DNA of 60,846 bases, counting the filler, from Squatina squatina (taxonomy: Eukaryota), in assembly GCA_031763465.1 (NCBI GenBank). It is 4 parts of 4 records of this genome, joined end to end, with 100 filler letters (N's around TTAATTAATTAA, not from the genome) between each part and the next. Parts side by side here need not be neighbours in the genome. Positions count along the whole stretch, not along the records: positions 13,685 to 31,285 come from JARFOE010000100.1; 3 more parts are not named here. The stretch is one strand, 5' to 3'. The notes beneath the pieces were generated by a model that did not search any database, had not been told where the DNA came from, and worked only from the letters and a program-made list of their open reading frames with translations. A program made the position numbers and the translations under genes. Shown here in pieces: positions 14,176 to 26,780 of the stretch. The stretch's first letter is position 1. Every line of letters starts with the position of its first letter.

Positions 14176-15545
14176 ATCCGTATCATGTAAAAGCACAAAA
14201 CCGTTACTTCCTCATCTCTTTAAGCCAACTCCTTATTTACTCTAATCTCCAATAAACCCTACTTTGCTTGTCACCTTTAAGGAGCATTGAAGCTTGTCCC
14301 CAAGCTAGTCACAGATTAATGGCCTGCTTAATAATGTTTTGACAGCTATTCATTCCTGACATGAAAAATACTTCAATGCATTGGAATGAAATGAAATTGA
14401 AGTTCTCAACCAGCAGGTCCCGGCTATTTGAATAACAGAGCCTGACATGTAGGTAAGTGGTTATTTTGATTAAATTTAATTTGTGCATTTCTGTCACACT
14501 CAATGACGGATTTACCAGCGAGGCTACTTAAATTACTTTTAAATCATAAAAGCTGGAGGTAAAATTGTAAAAGCACTCGCCTTCCCCTCTCTGATTTCCC
14601 CTGAGCAAATTAGCTCTAGATCATGCTTGGAGTGGGGGCAGTTCACGAGACGGGACAAGATCTAATCTGCTTTATTGGGAGCCGGTGGAGAATCACGGGA
14701 TCGTCCGTGTCACGTTCCGCAATCAGTCCAGAGCTCGGTTTGTTCGAAGCACTTATTCCTCCTACGTGCCGAGTCACCATTATCTTCTTCCTCGTCTGCA
14801 TCGCTGGCACAAGTGCATCGCTGACTTCCCTCTCCCTGCACCCCCACTCCACACACCTGTGCAATTTTCTCCCTCCCTCTCCCGATTTGCGCTGGGGGGT
14901 GGGGTGGGGCAGTTCTGCGGGTTCTGGCCACTTCCCGACACCTCACCTAACTGGCCGTTCCCCTGAGTTTGAGCAGAGACAGAGGGCGGTGAGCTGTGAA
15001 GGAGAAAAGCAGCTGAGCCTGATCCACTCCATAAGACCATAACAATTAGGAACAGGAGTAGGCCATTCGGCCCCTCGAGCCTGCTCTGCCATTCAATGAG
15101 ATCATGGCTGATCTGATATTCGCCTCAACTNNNNNNNNNNNNNNNNNNNNNNNNNNNNNNNNNNNNNNNNNNNNNNNNNNNNNNNNNNNNNNNNNNNNNN
15201 NNNNNNNNNNNNNNNNNNNNNNNNNNNNNNCTCCCTCTCCTTAAAGCTACCACGGGCTTCTCCCAAACCACCAACTCTTCCAATTTGTGGTCAATTTCAT
15301 CTATTGAAACTCGACCAATCAGTGATCTCTGTGAACCTGACCGGATTTAGAAGCGGGGTCACTGGAGAACAGACTGCTGGGAGAAAGTATTAATTACTCA
15401 GAAACAGACTGAACCGCTTCTGATTCTATACATTCCTCTAAAAAGACAATGTAGGGGATAGTAGACAGTGGCAAACAGCTGGATGTGTTCTGATTATTTA
15501 AATCATTCACTAATCTTCTATGTAGTTCACTTTTTAAGCTGTTTT

Positions 15546-15785
15546 GATATAGATAGATACATACATACATAATAGATAGTGGATAGATAGATACTTGATA
15601 GATAGATAGATAGATGATAGATATGATAGATACATAATAGATAAATAGATAGATGATAAATATGATAGATAGATACAAAATAGATAGATACATGATAATA
15701 GATACATGATAGATAGATAGATACATAATAGATAGAAAGTAGATAGATACATGATAGATAAATAGATATATAGATAAGCAGGTAG
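15546..15785. repeat. Imperfect (GATA)n microsatellite
   Basis: Direct inspection. Confidence 0.95.
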
Positions 15786-16154
15786 ACTTTTTTGCANNNN
15801 NNNNNNCGAATATCACAGTCATTTCTTGGCCATTTTTTCACCACAATTTTCTCTTCTCTTTGCCTGTCTCATGCTAGGGTGCAGTTCCCTCTGTAGTAGC
15901 CACCTCCGGTACCTTAACCTGAGAAATTGACCTTTCCCATTCAACCAAGGTGGAGAAGGAGCATTGCACCCGAGCACGGTCAGGTGCCTGCCCAAAGTCT
16001 GCACAGTCTTGCAGAGGTCATGGCAATTGTTTGTTTTTTCTGCCTTCCCTATCTCCCAGTTGCAGTAAGACCCAGTGGCAGAGTTGCAAACGTTGTCCTG
16101 GCTGACCTCAGCTGACGAGGCACAGACCAGGGATCCAATAAGATCTACATAGAT

Positions 16155-16186
16155 CTCCTCTACATAGGAGAGACCAAACATAGATT
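16155..16186 (+). mobile_element. Penelope-like GIY-YIG endonuclease fragment
   Basis: LLYIGETKHR immediately before a gap. Confidence 0.55.
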
Positions 16187-16533
16187 NNNNNNNNNNNNNN
16201 NNNNNNNNNNNNNNNNNNNNNNNNNNNNNNNNNNNNNNNNNNNNNNNNNNNNNNNNNNNNNNNNNNNNNNNNNNNNNNNNNNNNNNGCACTAATAAACAG
16301 GGCTGCCAGTTTTTGTTCCACACCCGACCATAATAATGCTGATTCTCGGAAACTTGCAGCTCATGCTTGAATATTTTAGACACTAGAAAGCTTCAAAGTA
16401 CTCGAGATACTAACACTTCCCAATTGAAACAACATCCTAACCTTTCGGGTATTTTACTCTCCTGTATAGTTGAGACAACCAAACTGCTGCTAGTAGTCCA
16501 CATGTTTGCTCTTTTTTTTTGTCCCACCTCTAG

Positions 16534-16604
16534 CTTTGCCAAGAATGTCGGTCTTCGACAGGCTAGGTGCAGAAGCAAAGGCAGACACCACCACTGGGAA
16601 CAAG
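16534..16604 (+). CDS. C19orf47: C19orf47 homolog, internal coding exon (71 nt)
   Basis: Polypyrimidine tract, ctctag| acceptor, AAG|gtgagg donor; encodes LPRMSVFDRLGAEAKADTTTGNK versus recalled human SVFDRLGAETKADTTTGSK. Confidence 0.85.
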
Positions 16605-16799
16605 GTGAGGCCTGAATGAAATATGACATTTTTATTTTAAACGGATTGCTGAATAATTTTTCAGTGAGCGAGTCAGATAACTTGTTGTGGATATGGCTAC
16701 TCGCCAAGAAACCTAGACGTTGTAAGTTCAAATCCCGCCATGGCTCTGGTTTGAACGTACTGTTACCGCAGTAATGAGCGGCTTTTTCACATAAATCAA

Positions 16800-17175
16800 G
16801 GCTGACAATCCAGTGCCAGTGCTGAGGGGGGCGCTGCACTGTCGGAGGTGCCGTCTTTCAGATGAGACGTTGAACCGAGGCCCCGTCTGCCGTCTCAGGC
16901 GGACGTAAAAGATCCCATGGCACTATTTCGAAGAAGAGCAGGGGAGTTCTTCCTGGTGCCCTGGGCCAATATTTATCCCTCAATCAACATTAAAAAAAAA
17001 ACGATTATCTGGTCATTGTCACATTGCTGTTTGTGGGATCTTGCTGTGTGCAAATTGGCTGCTGCGTTTCCAACATTACAACAGTGACTACACTTCAAAA
17101 AGTAGTCCATTGGCTGTAAAGCGCTTTGAGACGACCGGTGGTCGTGAAAGGCGCTATATAAATGCAAGTCTTTTT
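16800..17175 (+). mobile_element. 5'-truncated Deu-domain SINE, low divergence
   Basis: Highly similar to 13790-14175; many CpGs intact. Confidence 0.85.
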
Positions 17176-17317
17176 CAAAAATGTTACTGAGTACAATTAT
17201 TGAAAAGCAAATTATCCTTCTGTGAAAGGAGTGTAAGTGAAGTAAATTTGAAAATACAGTACAATTGACAGAGATACCATTTTTTAATTAAAGATATGCA
17301 AGGTATATTCTTTCAAT

Positions 17318-17478
17318 AATAACTTTCAAAAGGGAATTGGATAAATACTTGAATGGGAAAAATTTGCCGGGCTTTGGAAAAAGAAGCAGGGGGTCGTGGG
17401 AATAATTGGAGAGCTCTACCAATGAGCCAGCACAGGCACGATGGGCCGAATGGCCTCCTTCCTATGATTCTATGATTG
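17318..17478 (+). mobile_element. CR1 LINE 3' end
   Basis: …gatgggccgaatggcctcctt…ctatgattctatgatt, the typical CR1 3' tail. Confidence 0.8.
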
Positions 17479-17532
17479 GAGAGAAATGCAACTCTTTCCG
17501 TTTTAGTGCCAGAAGAAAACACCAGCTCATAA

Positions 17533-17838
<306 letters not shown>

Positions 17839-18599
17839 ACTGGGCGCAAACTTGGCGCAACTTTCCAACTAACTTTTTCTTTCGGTCTCGAAAAGTTGCA
17901 CTCCTCCTGCGACGCTGGGTCCTAGTGCCTGCCCCTGTTTGTCCTCCCCGCCCACCCACTCTGGTCTCCATCCAGCAAATGTACTGGGATCATTTTATTA
18001 ATTTAGCCGGGGAGGAGATAAAAGACTTCCAGTGACTTCTACAACAAAAAACTGAACAAACAGTAAATATTAAAGAGGCAGCACCGGACTTGCTCGGCAC
18101 TTGAAGATTATATTGTACCGAAACAGTTAATTTAATTTATTTTTTATTTTTGTCATATTTAATGTGAATTATTCTTATATATATTTTGGAAAGAAATCTC
18201 TGGGTCCACAAAAGGCTGCTCGTTCGAAGACTCGAAAGGACAGAAAGCAAGAGTGTGTAAAAAAAAAAGAACAAAAATTAAGAGAGGATGGGACAACACT
18301 GAGACTGAAGGAGCATCACAAAAGAGAAAAAAAAGCGATTTCAAAGACTTTGCAATGTGTTTTTTTTTAATTTATTCAAAATACTGTGAACTTTAAATGT
18401 TATGTGGCTCTGTACGTTTCTCCAATTCTGCTTTACATTATTCTGCATTCAGAAAAGAAAATACTGGCAGATGTTACAGAATATAAAATATGTGCGAGCG
18501 CGTGTGCTCGCCAGTGTGCGTGAGTGTGAACATGCACGTGTTTGTGCGAGTGTACATGCAAGTGCACATACGAGTGTGTGCGCACAGGTGTGCGAGTAG

Positions 18600-19052
18600 C
18601 ATCAGAGGAATCAAAGAACTTTATGGTACAGAAGGAGGCCATTCGACCCATCGTATCTGCACCGGTCAAAAAAGAGCTATCCAGCCTATTCCAACTTTCC
18701 AGCTCTTGGTCTGTAGCCTTGTAGGTTACTGCATTTCATGTGCACTTTTTAAATGCTTTGAGGGTTTCTGCCTCTACCACCCTCTCAGGCAGTGAGTTCC
18801 AGACCCTCACCGCACTCTGGGTGAAAAAGGTTGTCCTCAACTTCCCTCTAAACCTCTGACCAGTTACTTTAAATCTATGCCCCCTGGTTATTGACCCCTC
18901 TGCTAAGGGGAATCGGCCCTTCCTATCCACTCTATCAAGAACCCCTCATAATTTTATATACCTCAATTAAGTCTCCCCTCAGCCTCCTGTGTTCCAAAGA
19001 AAACAACTCCAGCCTATGCAATCTTTCCTCATAGCTAAAACTCTCCAGTCCT
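18600..19052 (-). mobile_element. CR1 LINE 3' fragment
   Basis: ORF 18736-18930 reads FFTQSAVRVWNSLPERVVEAETL; CR1 tail near 18600-18660. Confidence 0.85.
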
Positions 19053-20599
19053 GGTGTGCGTGCGTGCGCGTGTGTGAGTGTATGTACAAGTGTACGTACA
19101 AGTGTGTGCGTATGGGCGTGCGAGTAGCATCATAGGAATCATAGAAATTTGTGTGCGTGTATGTGCACAAATGTGTACATCTGTGGGTGCGTATGTGAAC
19201 GTGTGTCTATATTGGACGCTGCAAAAAGGGTAAGGGTATCAGTGCGTCGGAGGTCTTAACAGTAGAACAATAGTCTCCTTTACTATCTGGCCTGAGTCTG
19301 CTACACTCCCTCTGTGGTGTAGGAAATATACAGTGACTGTCTGTCTGTCTGGGGCTTCTTAACTTTGAGGTCTGTCTCTGGATTCTTGTCTGTGGTGTCC
19401 CGACCTTTGTACAAAGCCAATGCTTGCCACGCTTTTAAATGTGAGTATTAAATAGTATCATGTTCTGTACAACAAGATAGTGTGGTTTAAAAGGCAGCAT
19501 CACTTTCCCCACGTGTGTGGTCATTTCTGAAAGATATACACATAGGAACACGAGTAGGTGCCATTCTGCCCCTCGCGCCCATTCTGCCGTTCTGTTCGAT
19601 CAAGGNNNNNNNNNNNNNNNNNNNNNNNNNNNNNNNNNNNNNNNNNNNNNNNNNNNNNNNNNNNNNNNNNNNNNNNNNNNNNNNNNNNNNNNNNNNNNNN
19701 NNNNNACCTTAGCTGTGGGGGTCAGGTTTAATGGCCCAGGACACAAGGCGGACAATTATATACCCAACCAGGCAATATATTTAAGTCAAAGTTTTCTGGC
19801 TGAGGGAAATCCCAGGCAACCACCTCTTCCGAGCTCCCGTGGAGGCCAAACCATTGACGGGCAGCCATATTCAGGTACCAATCTTTGATGAGGTTATAAT
19901 TACGGTTTACTAACTGTTTAACAGCCTCGAGTGCAGAAGTTCACTTAAAGCTGAGTAATGGCACATTAAGATGTCAATAAAGTATCTGGAAAGTTTTATC
20001 GTCACTTTTGACCCTGCGCGTGTATTGTCAATATCACGGTATTATCTATCTTGCTTTGAAAGACGCTTCTGTGTTGTGCTGCTACAGTCAATAGATAGAG
20101 GGGTTGCCTTCTTTTGGAGTGGCTTTTCTTTCCCCCCCGCTCCCCCCATTGCTCTCCTTTCCCTCGGTCTTCTCGCCCCATGTACCTTCCCTGGCTAAGT
20201 TGATGCATTGCAGACCCAGTCCCAAGAGTCCGCCTATTCTGTTCATAGCCAACCACTAGGAGTTGCACAAATGGCCCGTGGGGTTGTGCCTCTTCTTCGG
20301 GCTTCCCTAGCCTCCTTGTTTGGAAGTTCCTTTGTATTGCTGCACGCTCCCCTTCCCAGTTGCAATCGCAAGGTTGAGACACTGTAGGAAATGGCAGATG
20401 AAGCCCATCTTCCATCACAATATGTGACAGAACTTGTTGACGCCCATCCCCTTGTTGCCACGTTCTTCTCTAAGATAGATTTGATTTTGTCGGTTTGGCA
20501 NNNNNNNNNNNNNNNNNNNNNNNNNNNNNNNNNNNNNNNNNNNNNNNNNNNNNNNNNNNNNNNNNNNNNNNNNNNNNNNNNNNNNTATCAATAAATGTC

Positions 20600-20772
20600 C
20601 GATATACATAGAGAAAAAAACCGATAGATAGATAAATTGATAGATAAAAATATAAATAGATATAGGTAGATAGATGGATAGATAGATAGATATAGGGTAG
20701 ATAGATTGATAAATAGAATTATAGATAGATATAGATATAGGTAGATAGATAGATAAATAGTTAGCTAAATAG
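20600..20772. repeat. Imperfect (GATA)n microsatellite
   Basis: Direct inspection. Confidence 0.9.
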
Positions 20773-21588
20773 NNNNNNNNNNNNNNNNNNNNNNNNNNNN
20801 NNNNNNNNNNNNNNNNNNNNNNNNNNNNNNNNNNNNNNNNNNNNNNNNNNNNNNNNNNNNNNNNNNNNNNNNNNNNNNNNNNNNNNNNNNNNNNNNNNNN
20901 NNNNNNNNNNNNNNNNNNNNNNNNNNNNNNNNNNNNNNNNNGACAGAGAGACACACGGGCAGTACAAAAAGATAAAGATAGCGGCCAATAGATATCACCA
21001 TCAAACAGTGACTTTTCGGTAAAATGGCAGGGTGAAGTTTAAAAACTGCACCTATTAAAGTGATGAATTTTACAGTTAATTTCTTTTACTTGTTTTAGGG
21101 TCCGTGTAGCTGTAAAAGACAACCATCCTGTGTGTTTATTTATTGTCCACTGCTCCCAGGACTGGGCAGTTTCCCAGATCTCCTAATTCAACATCTGATT
21201 TACTGCTGTTTAGAGGAATGAGTCATGCTGTAAACAGTGGCAAATGCCATCAAACACAGATTTATCCCACTTTGTACCCTTCTCCCACCCACCTTAAATC
21301 TTTGGGACGCAGTTAAAGAGCTGACACAATGCCGCAGAGCCGATACAATGAATTCAGATCATTTACAGAAAACAGCTCCTTTCATTATTTACCTTCATTG
21401 CTGTCCTGTCAGTCCTGTCCCATTTAATTACACATATTGAATGTTAATGGGGTAATTGAATATTTGGTGTGTGAATTACGCTATCAGATAATGATAGCAG
21501 GCTATTTAAACTAAGAAATGTCTTGTGTTGATGAGTAATGTTGACTATCAGTTTGCCAAGTACAAACACTGATGGTGATCATCATATG

Positions 21589-22380
21589 TGGGATGAAAAA
21601 GACATCCCACCTCACAAAAAGAACTCCACCTGTCCGATCCAGCAAAAGAACCCAAATGTTAATGGATGATGTGAAGGGTGATATCCACAATTAATAGACA
21701 CAATGGTAGAATTAGTAAAGGATGTGATTGTAAAGAATAGAAAATATGAACCAAGGGATGAGGATGATGGGGAACAGCGAGAGCTGACAGGATAGCTCGG
21801 AATAGGAGCCACAACAAGGTTAGCAGGAGTAAAGAGAATAGATACAGAAAGTATGTGGGAACACAATGAGGTAATGAAGAGGCAATTTAAAAGATTATCG
21901 ACAAACAATGAGTCTAACCAGAATCCAGACCTTGATAGAGGTACCGTGTGTAGCCTCTGTGTGACATTGGTGATGAATGTGGTACAGGAGGGACTGGACA
22001 ACACAGAAGGGAATCAGATCCCTTTGTTTATTCATGAAGAACAAATGGTTTAAAGGAACCAAGACACAGACTATGATGTGATGCAGCAAATGGGAATGGG
22101 GTTTTTGACCCCTGTGGAAAGGGAAAGAAATGAAGATATTAGACCAGTGGGATTGATCTTGTCCTTGTTATGGAAAAATGGAAATGAAACGAATCCTTAG
22201 AAGGTGTATCGGGTAGAATCGGTTCCAATGGTGGAGACTCTGAGTTTGGTCCGATCCATAAACAGTGTGAGGAATATCCAAGATATCTGATTAAGAAGGG
22301 AGGAACTTGGATAGCACCAGATATGCAGTGTTTACTCTGAAAGGAACAACATGGGTTTGTAGATGTGATGTAGTCCTATA
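21589..22380 (+). pseudogene. Decayed endogenous viral envelope (class I fusion glycoprotein, lokiretrovirus-like Env) fragment
   Basis: One frame with 5 stops: …G*CEG*YPQLIDTMVELVKDVI…EQRELTG*LGIGATTRLAGVKRIDTESMWEHNEVMKRQF…GTVCSLCVTLVMNVVQEGLDNTEGNQIPLFI…VGLILSLL…KVYRVESVP; then with shifts YPRYLIKKGGTWIAPDMQC and LKGTTWVCRCD. Confidence 0.55.
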
Positions 22381-22797
22381 CACAGTAAATGTAGATCACT
22401 GAGAAGTGTAGAGGAACAGATGGACCTTGGAGTGCATGTCCACAGATCCCTGAAGGTAGCAGGACAGGTAGATAAGGTGGTTAAGAAGGCAGACGGGATA
22501 CTTGCCTTTATCAGCCGAGGCACAGAAAATAAGATCGGGGAGGTTATGCTTGAACTGTATAAAACACTAGATAGGCCACAGCTAGAGTACTGTGTGCAGT
22601 TCTGGTCAGCACATTACAGGAAGGATGTGATTGGACCAGAGAGGGTACAGAGGAGATTTACCAGGATGTTGCCTGGACTGGAGAATTTTAGCGATGAGGA
22701 AAGATTGGACAGGCTGGAACAGAGGAGGCTGAGGGGAGACCTAATTGAGGTGTATAAAATTATGAGGGGCCCAGATAGAGTTGATAGGAAGGACCTA
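22381..22797 (+). mobile_element. CR1 LINE RT fragment
   Basis: DLGVHVHRSLKVAGQVDKVVKKADGILAFISRG…RPQLEYCVQFWS. Confidence 0.9.
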
Positions 22798-23139
22798 NNN
22801 NNNNNNNNNNNNNNNNNNNNNNNNNNNNNNNNNNNNNNNNNNNNNNNNNNNNNNNNNNNNNNNNNNNNNNNNNNNNNNNNNNNNNNNNNNNNNNNNNGGC
22901 AGACGGAATGTTGTTTTGACATCTCGTCCTAAAGACAGCACCTCCGACAGTACAGTACTCCCCTCACTACTGCACTGGAATGCCAGCCTAGATTATGTCC
23001 TCAAGTCTCTGAAGTGAGACTTTACCGCACGACCTTCTGACTCTAAATGTATCAGCTCAAGTCCTGGACCGAGATGAGAGCGTGTCTATTACATAGTTCA
23101 AATGATCTTAACTATTATATATTTGCATAATGTTTTCAG

Positions 23140-23362
23140 TGCTGGAGCCTCATGCGAACAAGGAGGAAAAGCCGTTATGTTGCGTGACAGCAGACGGAGT
23201 GTATCCAGTGATATTCATCTCGGATGCTCGTTGCCTGGGGAGCATAAGCGGCATCAGCAAGCAGCAGCTTTGGCGACTCTTCTCGCTGGAAACGCTCAAT
23301 GAGTACCTGCAGCGTGATCCCACAGACGGCGAGCTGCTGTATCGGGTGCCAACCAGACACAG
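23140..23362 (+). CDS. CFAP65: CFAP65 (CCDC108) internal coding exon (223 nt)
   Basis: ttttcag| acceptor, CAG|gtgaga donor; encodes …[41 protein letters not shown] versus recalled human [37 protein letters not shown]. Confidence 0.88.
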
Positions 23363-23494
23363 GTGAGAAAACATGCTCCAAACACATGAAGAGCAATCGA
23401 GGGAATGGACAGATGAGGCTTGAAGGAGGTCCCAGATAGCAGGTTTAATCGGATGGGTCTTTATTCCTAATGTTGATTGTCAAAAACATATTAC

Positions 23495-23856
23495 TTCAAA
23501 GGACGTCAGGGCCTTGGAGAGGGTGCTGTGGAGGTTTGCTAGGATGGTACCAGGGATGAGGGACTTCAGTTGTCTGCACAGACTGGAGAAGCTGGGGTTG
23601 TTCTCCTTCGAACAGAGAAGGTTAAGGAGAGATTTAATAGAGGTGCTCAAAATTATGAGGGGGTTTTGATAGAGTAGATTGGGAGAAACTATACCAGTGG
23701 CAGGAGAGTCGGTAACCAGAGGACACAGATATAAGGTCATTGGCAAAAGAACCTAAAGTGAGGATGAGCAGAATTTTCTTCACGCAGCGACTTGCTGTGA
23801 TCTGGAACGCGCTGCCTGAATGGGTGGTGGAAGCAGATTCAATAGTAACTTTCAAG
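23495..23856 (+). mobile_element. CR1 LINE RT C-terminal fragment
   Basis: RLEKLGLFSFEQRRLRRDLIEVLKIM…FFTQR…IWNALPE. Confidence 0.85.
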
Positions 23857-24389
23857 TGCGGAGCGGTGTAAATCGGCTGGCAAGTTCTGGAGATTTGCAA
23901 CTCGTGATGTATCTCTTCATCCCCTGAACTTGCTGTGCTGACCGATTTACTCATTAATGACAGCGCGCGTCGTGGAAACAATGTTTTTTTTTTCCCAGGA
24001 TTTTGGCCCACAGTCTTTTCTGTTTTTCTTATAGCATAAGTCGATGCCCCTCTGTGTCTACCCCAGTGATGGTGGACTTCAACTTTGGAGCAGCGCCCAT
24101 ATGCTCAGATCCATCCGTTGTTCTGCTAATGATGGAGAACAAGGAGATGATGCCCGCCAACTGGTAGGTACCATACGCAATAGAGAGGGAGGAGAAAATG
24201 AACTTGCGGATTCGAATTCCAGAAAAAATAAATAACTTGCTAATTTCCGCACACAGTTACATCACAAGAAAGCAGCATTTCAAAAACATGCAGGTTTAAT
24301 TTGACTGAAAGGAGAGGGAATCTCGAGGAATAAGTGCTCCAAACGGTTAAGGAAAGAAACAGCTTACATTTATGTAGCACTTTGACATG

Positions 24390-24732
24390 ACCCACTCCAG
24401 AGACTTGAGCACTAATTTCCAGGCTGACACTCCAGTGCAGTGCTGAGTGAGTGCTGCACTGTCGGAAGTGCCTGCCTTCGGATGAGATGTTAAACTGAGT
24501 CTACTCTCTCAGGTGGATGTAAAAGATCACATGATATTATTTCAAAGAAGAGTGGGGGAGTCATCCCCAGTGTCCTGGCCAATATTTATCCCTCACTCAG
24601 CATCGCTAAAATAGATTATCTGGCCATTGTTACATTGCTGTTTGTGGAATCTTGTTGTGCGCAAATTGGCTGCTGCGTTTCCCACATTACAACAGTCACC
24701 ACACTTCAAAAGTACTTCAATGCAAGTCTTTC
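24390..24732 (+). mobile_element. Deu-domain SINE copy
   Basis: Aligns by eye with 13760-14175. Confidence 0.8.
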
Positions 24733-26096
24733 TTTAATTTTTTTCTTTTAAGTCCTCAGGACGTCCCAAAGCGCTTCACACTCATCAAATTGCTTTTTAG
24801 AAGTGTTGGACGCCCAATTGGTCTGCCCTGAGTTTGAAATGTTAGTGGACCAAAACTATGATTTTAGCGCTTGTTTAGCGCTGTGCTGCTAAGTCGCAGA
24901 ATTCGGGTCTTTGAAAGAAAATGTCAGGCAGCTTAAAAACTCGTGCAGAATTCAGCGCTAATGGGTCCCTCATCAGCGCTGATTGAACTTAACTGGTTTC
25001 AGCAGGCCAATTGCACAAAGGATCGNNNNNNNNNNNNNNNNNNNNNNNNNNNNNNNNNNNNNNNNNNNNNNNNNNNNNNNNNNNNNNNNNNNNNNNNNNN
25101 NNNNNNNNNNNNNNNNNNNNNNNNNCACCCACATCCCGTGAACAAATAAATTTAAAAAAATGTGTATGTCCCAATCTTTATTTCACTTTCTGTACAATGA
25201 TTTAAATGTAATTTATATTTCCTGTTTTTTACTTCCTACTTTGCTGTCTGTGAGGATTCTTCACTCTGATTGGTTGATCAGCCCCCTGCTGTTCTGAACT
25301 GTTCACAGACGCCAGATTCCCCTGCCAAGGACGCTGAACTCAAACTGACACTAGAAGGGAGGAAATCTGTGCTCTAAGAGCCCGCTAAAACTTTGTGGGC
25401 AGCTTTTTTCGAGGTGAACGGCAAGCACTGTTGACCGCAAAATTCGGGCCATTGACTTTTCTGAACTAACTTACTGTATTCCAAATTGGCAAAATTATGA
25501 TGTCTGCCCTTATTAGCTGTAAAGGACTTTAAATCCTGCAGCTGTCAAAATATCTGGCCCTGCCACAGGCAAACTCCCAAATACTAGTGTTTCACATGAT
25601 TGGAGCCCATTATTCAAATGACGAGGATTCCCAAAATATACATTGGGTCAGCACACTATGGATCGAGTGGGTGCTATTCTCACACCAACCCATTTACAGT
25701 CAAGGTTGCCTCTGGTCAGAAAATCATGGCTGCAAAATCATCGAGGAATTACTGTACAATAGACAATGGGTTACTCTTCTATAATACATAAATGTGTACA
25801 ATCTACTTGTTCTTGTGAATGTTCCCATTCCAAAAAGCAGAAACCATAATTGGATTACAATTAAGTATTGGTTTGAAGAAAACAAGCTGCACAATGTAGA
25901 AGATTAATTATCATGTGTTACAGTATTTACTTTTAATTTGTCATGCTGTCACCATCTGCCAAAAACCTCCCTTGATTGATTACCAATCTACCAAAATATC
26001 AATCTAAGTTCTGAACAATGAATAAGGAAAATTAATGTACCAGGTTAATCATTAATGGTGCTTATAGTTGTGTGTTAATTTTAGTGTGCCAGACAT

Positions 26097-26780
26097 GGGA
26101 CCCCAATTCGACTGTGCCCAAATGGGCCGCAGCATTCACAACTCCACAGCCGGTGATACGCTGCGCTACCAACGAGCCTTGGTGACCTAGTCACCATTCC
26201 AGGTCAGCATAACGTGCCAACGCTAAATCAGCGTTGCCACAGTACTGACCTGGCCAATGCCATGTCACTGCCGGGTTATGCCAGCAGTGAGGCGTCAGCA
26301 TATGTGCAATTTTCGGCCCCGGCCCCTGCCTTAAAGGCAAGGGCCGCAAGCTTATCATTGCGCTGGGGATCCAGGGCCACTACACCACCAGGGACCCAGA
26401 ATCTGATTGCAGAGCGTGCCGGCAAGGAGGGGGTGGGGATCAGCCGCCACACATCGGCCAACAATATAGTCAGCCGATATTTAAAGATGGCGGCTGCCGG
26501 CTCAGGGTATGCGCCTTTAACAGCTCTTGGGGCAGTGGCATCGCGGGGCAGCCGGCCTCCAGTTCTGGAGGTGGTGCCCCCATGGCACACAGGGGGGTCG
26601 CGGGAGGGCAGGGAGGGGTCAGCGCACGATGTTATGATGTCACGCGTCGGCCCCTGCGCCACCAGCAGCAGGACATTTACGCTGCCAGCACCACAGGCCC
26701 AATTCCTGACTTTGCAATTTTAGGCCTCAACGCTGATTTCACATCCACGTTGCACCGCTATTTGGCGTAACACGGGCGTG
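26097..26780. mobile_element. GC/CpG-rich non-autonomous transposon relics
   Basis: CpG-rich patch with terminus-like motifs (aattttcggccc ~26308, ggcccaatt ~26696); overlapping ORFs show no protein features. Confidence 0.35.

Noticed and set aside
15394-15844. Hydrophobic Ile/Tyr/Leu/Ser-rich ORFs
   Set aside because: Translations of the GATA microsatellite
26214-26723. 169-aa ORF
   Set aside because: GC-rich repeat-like DNA, open on both strands, no domain features
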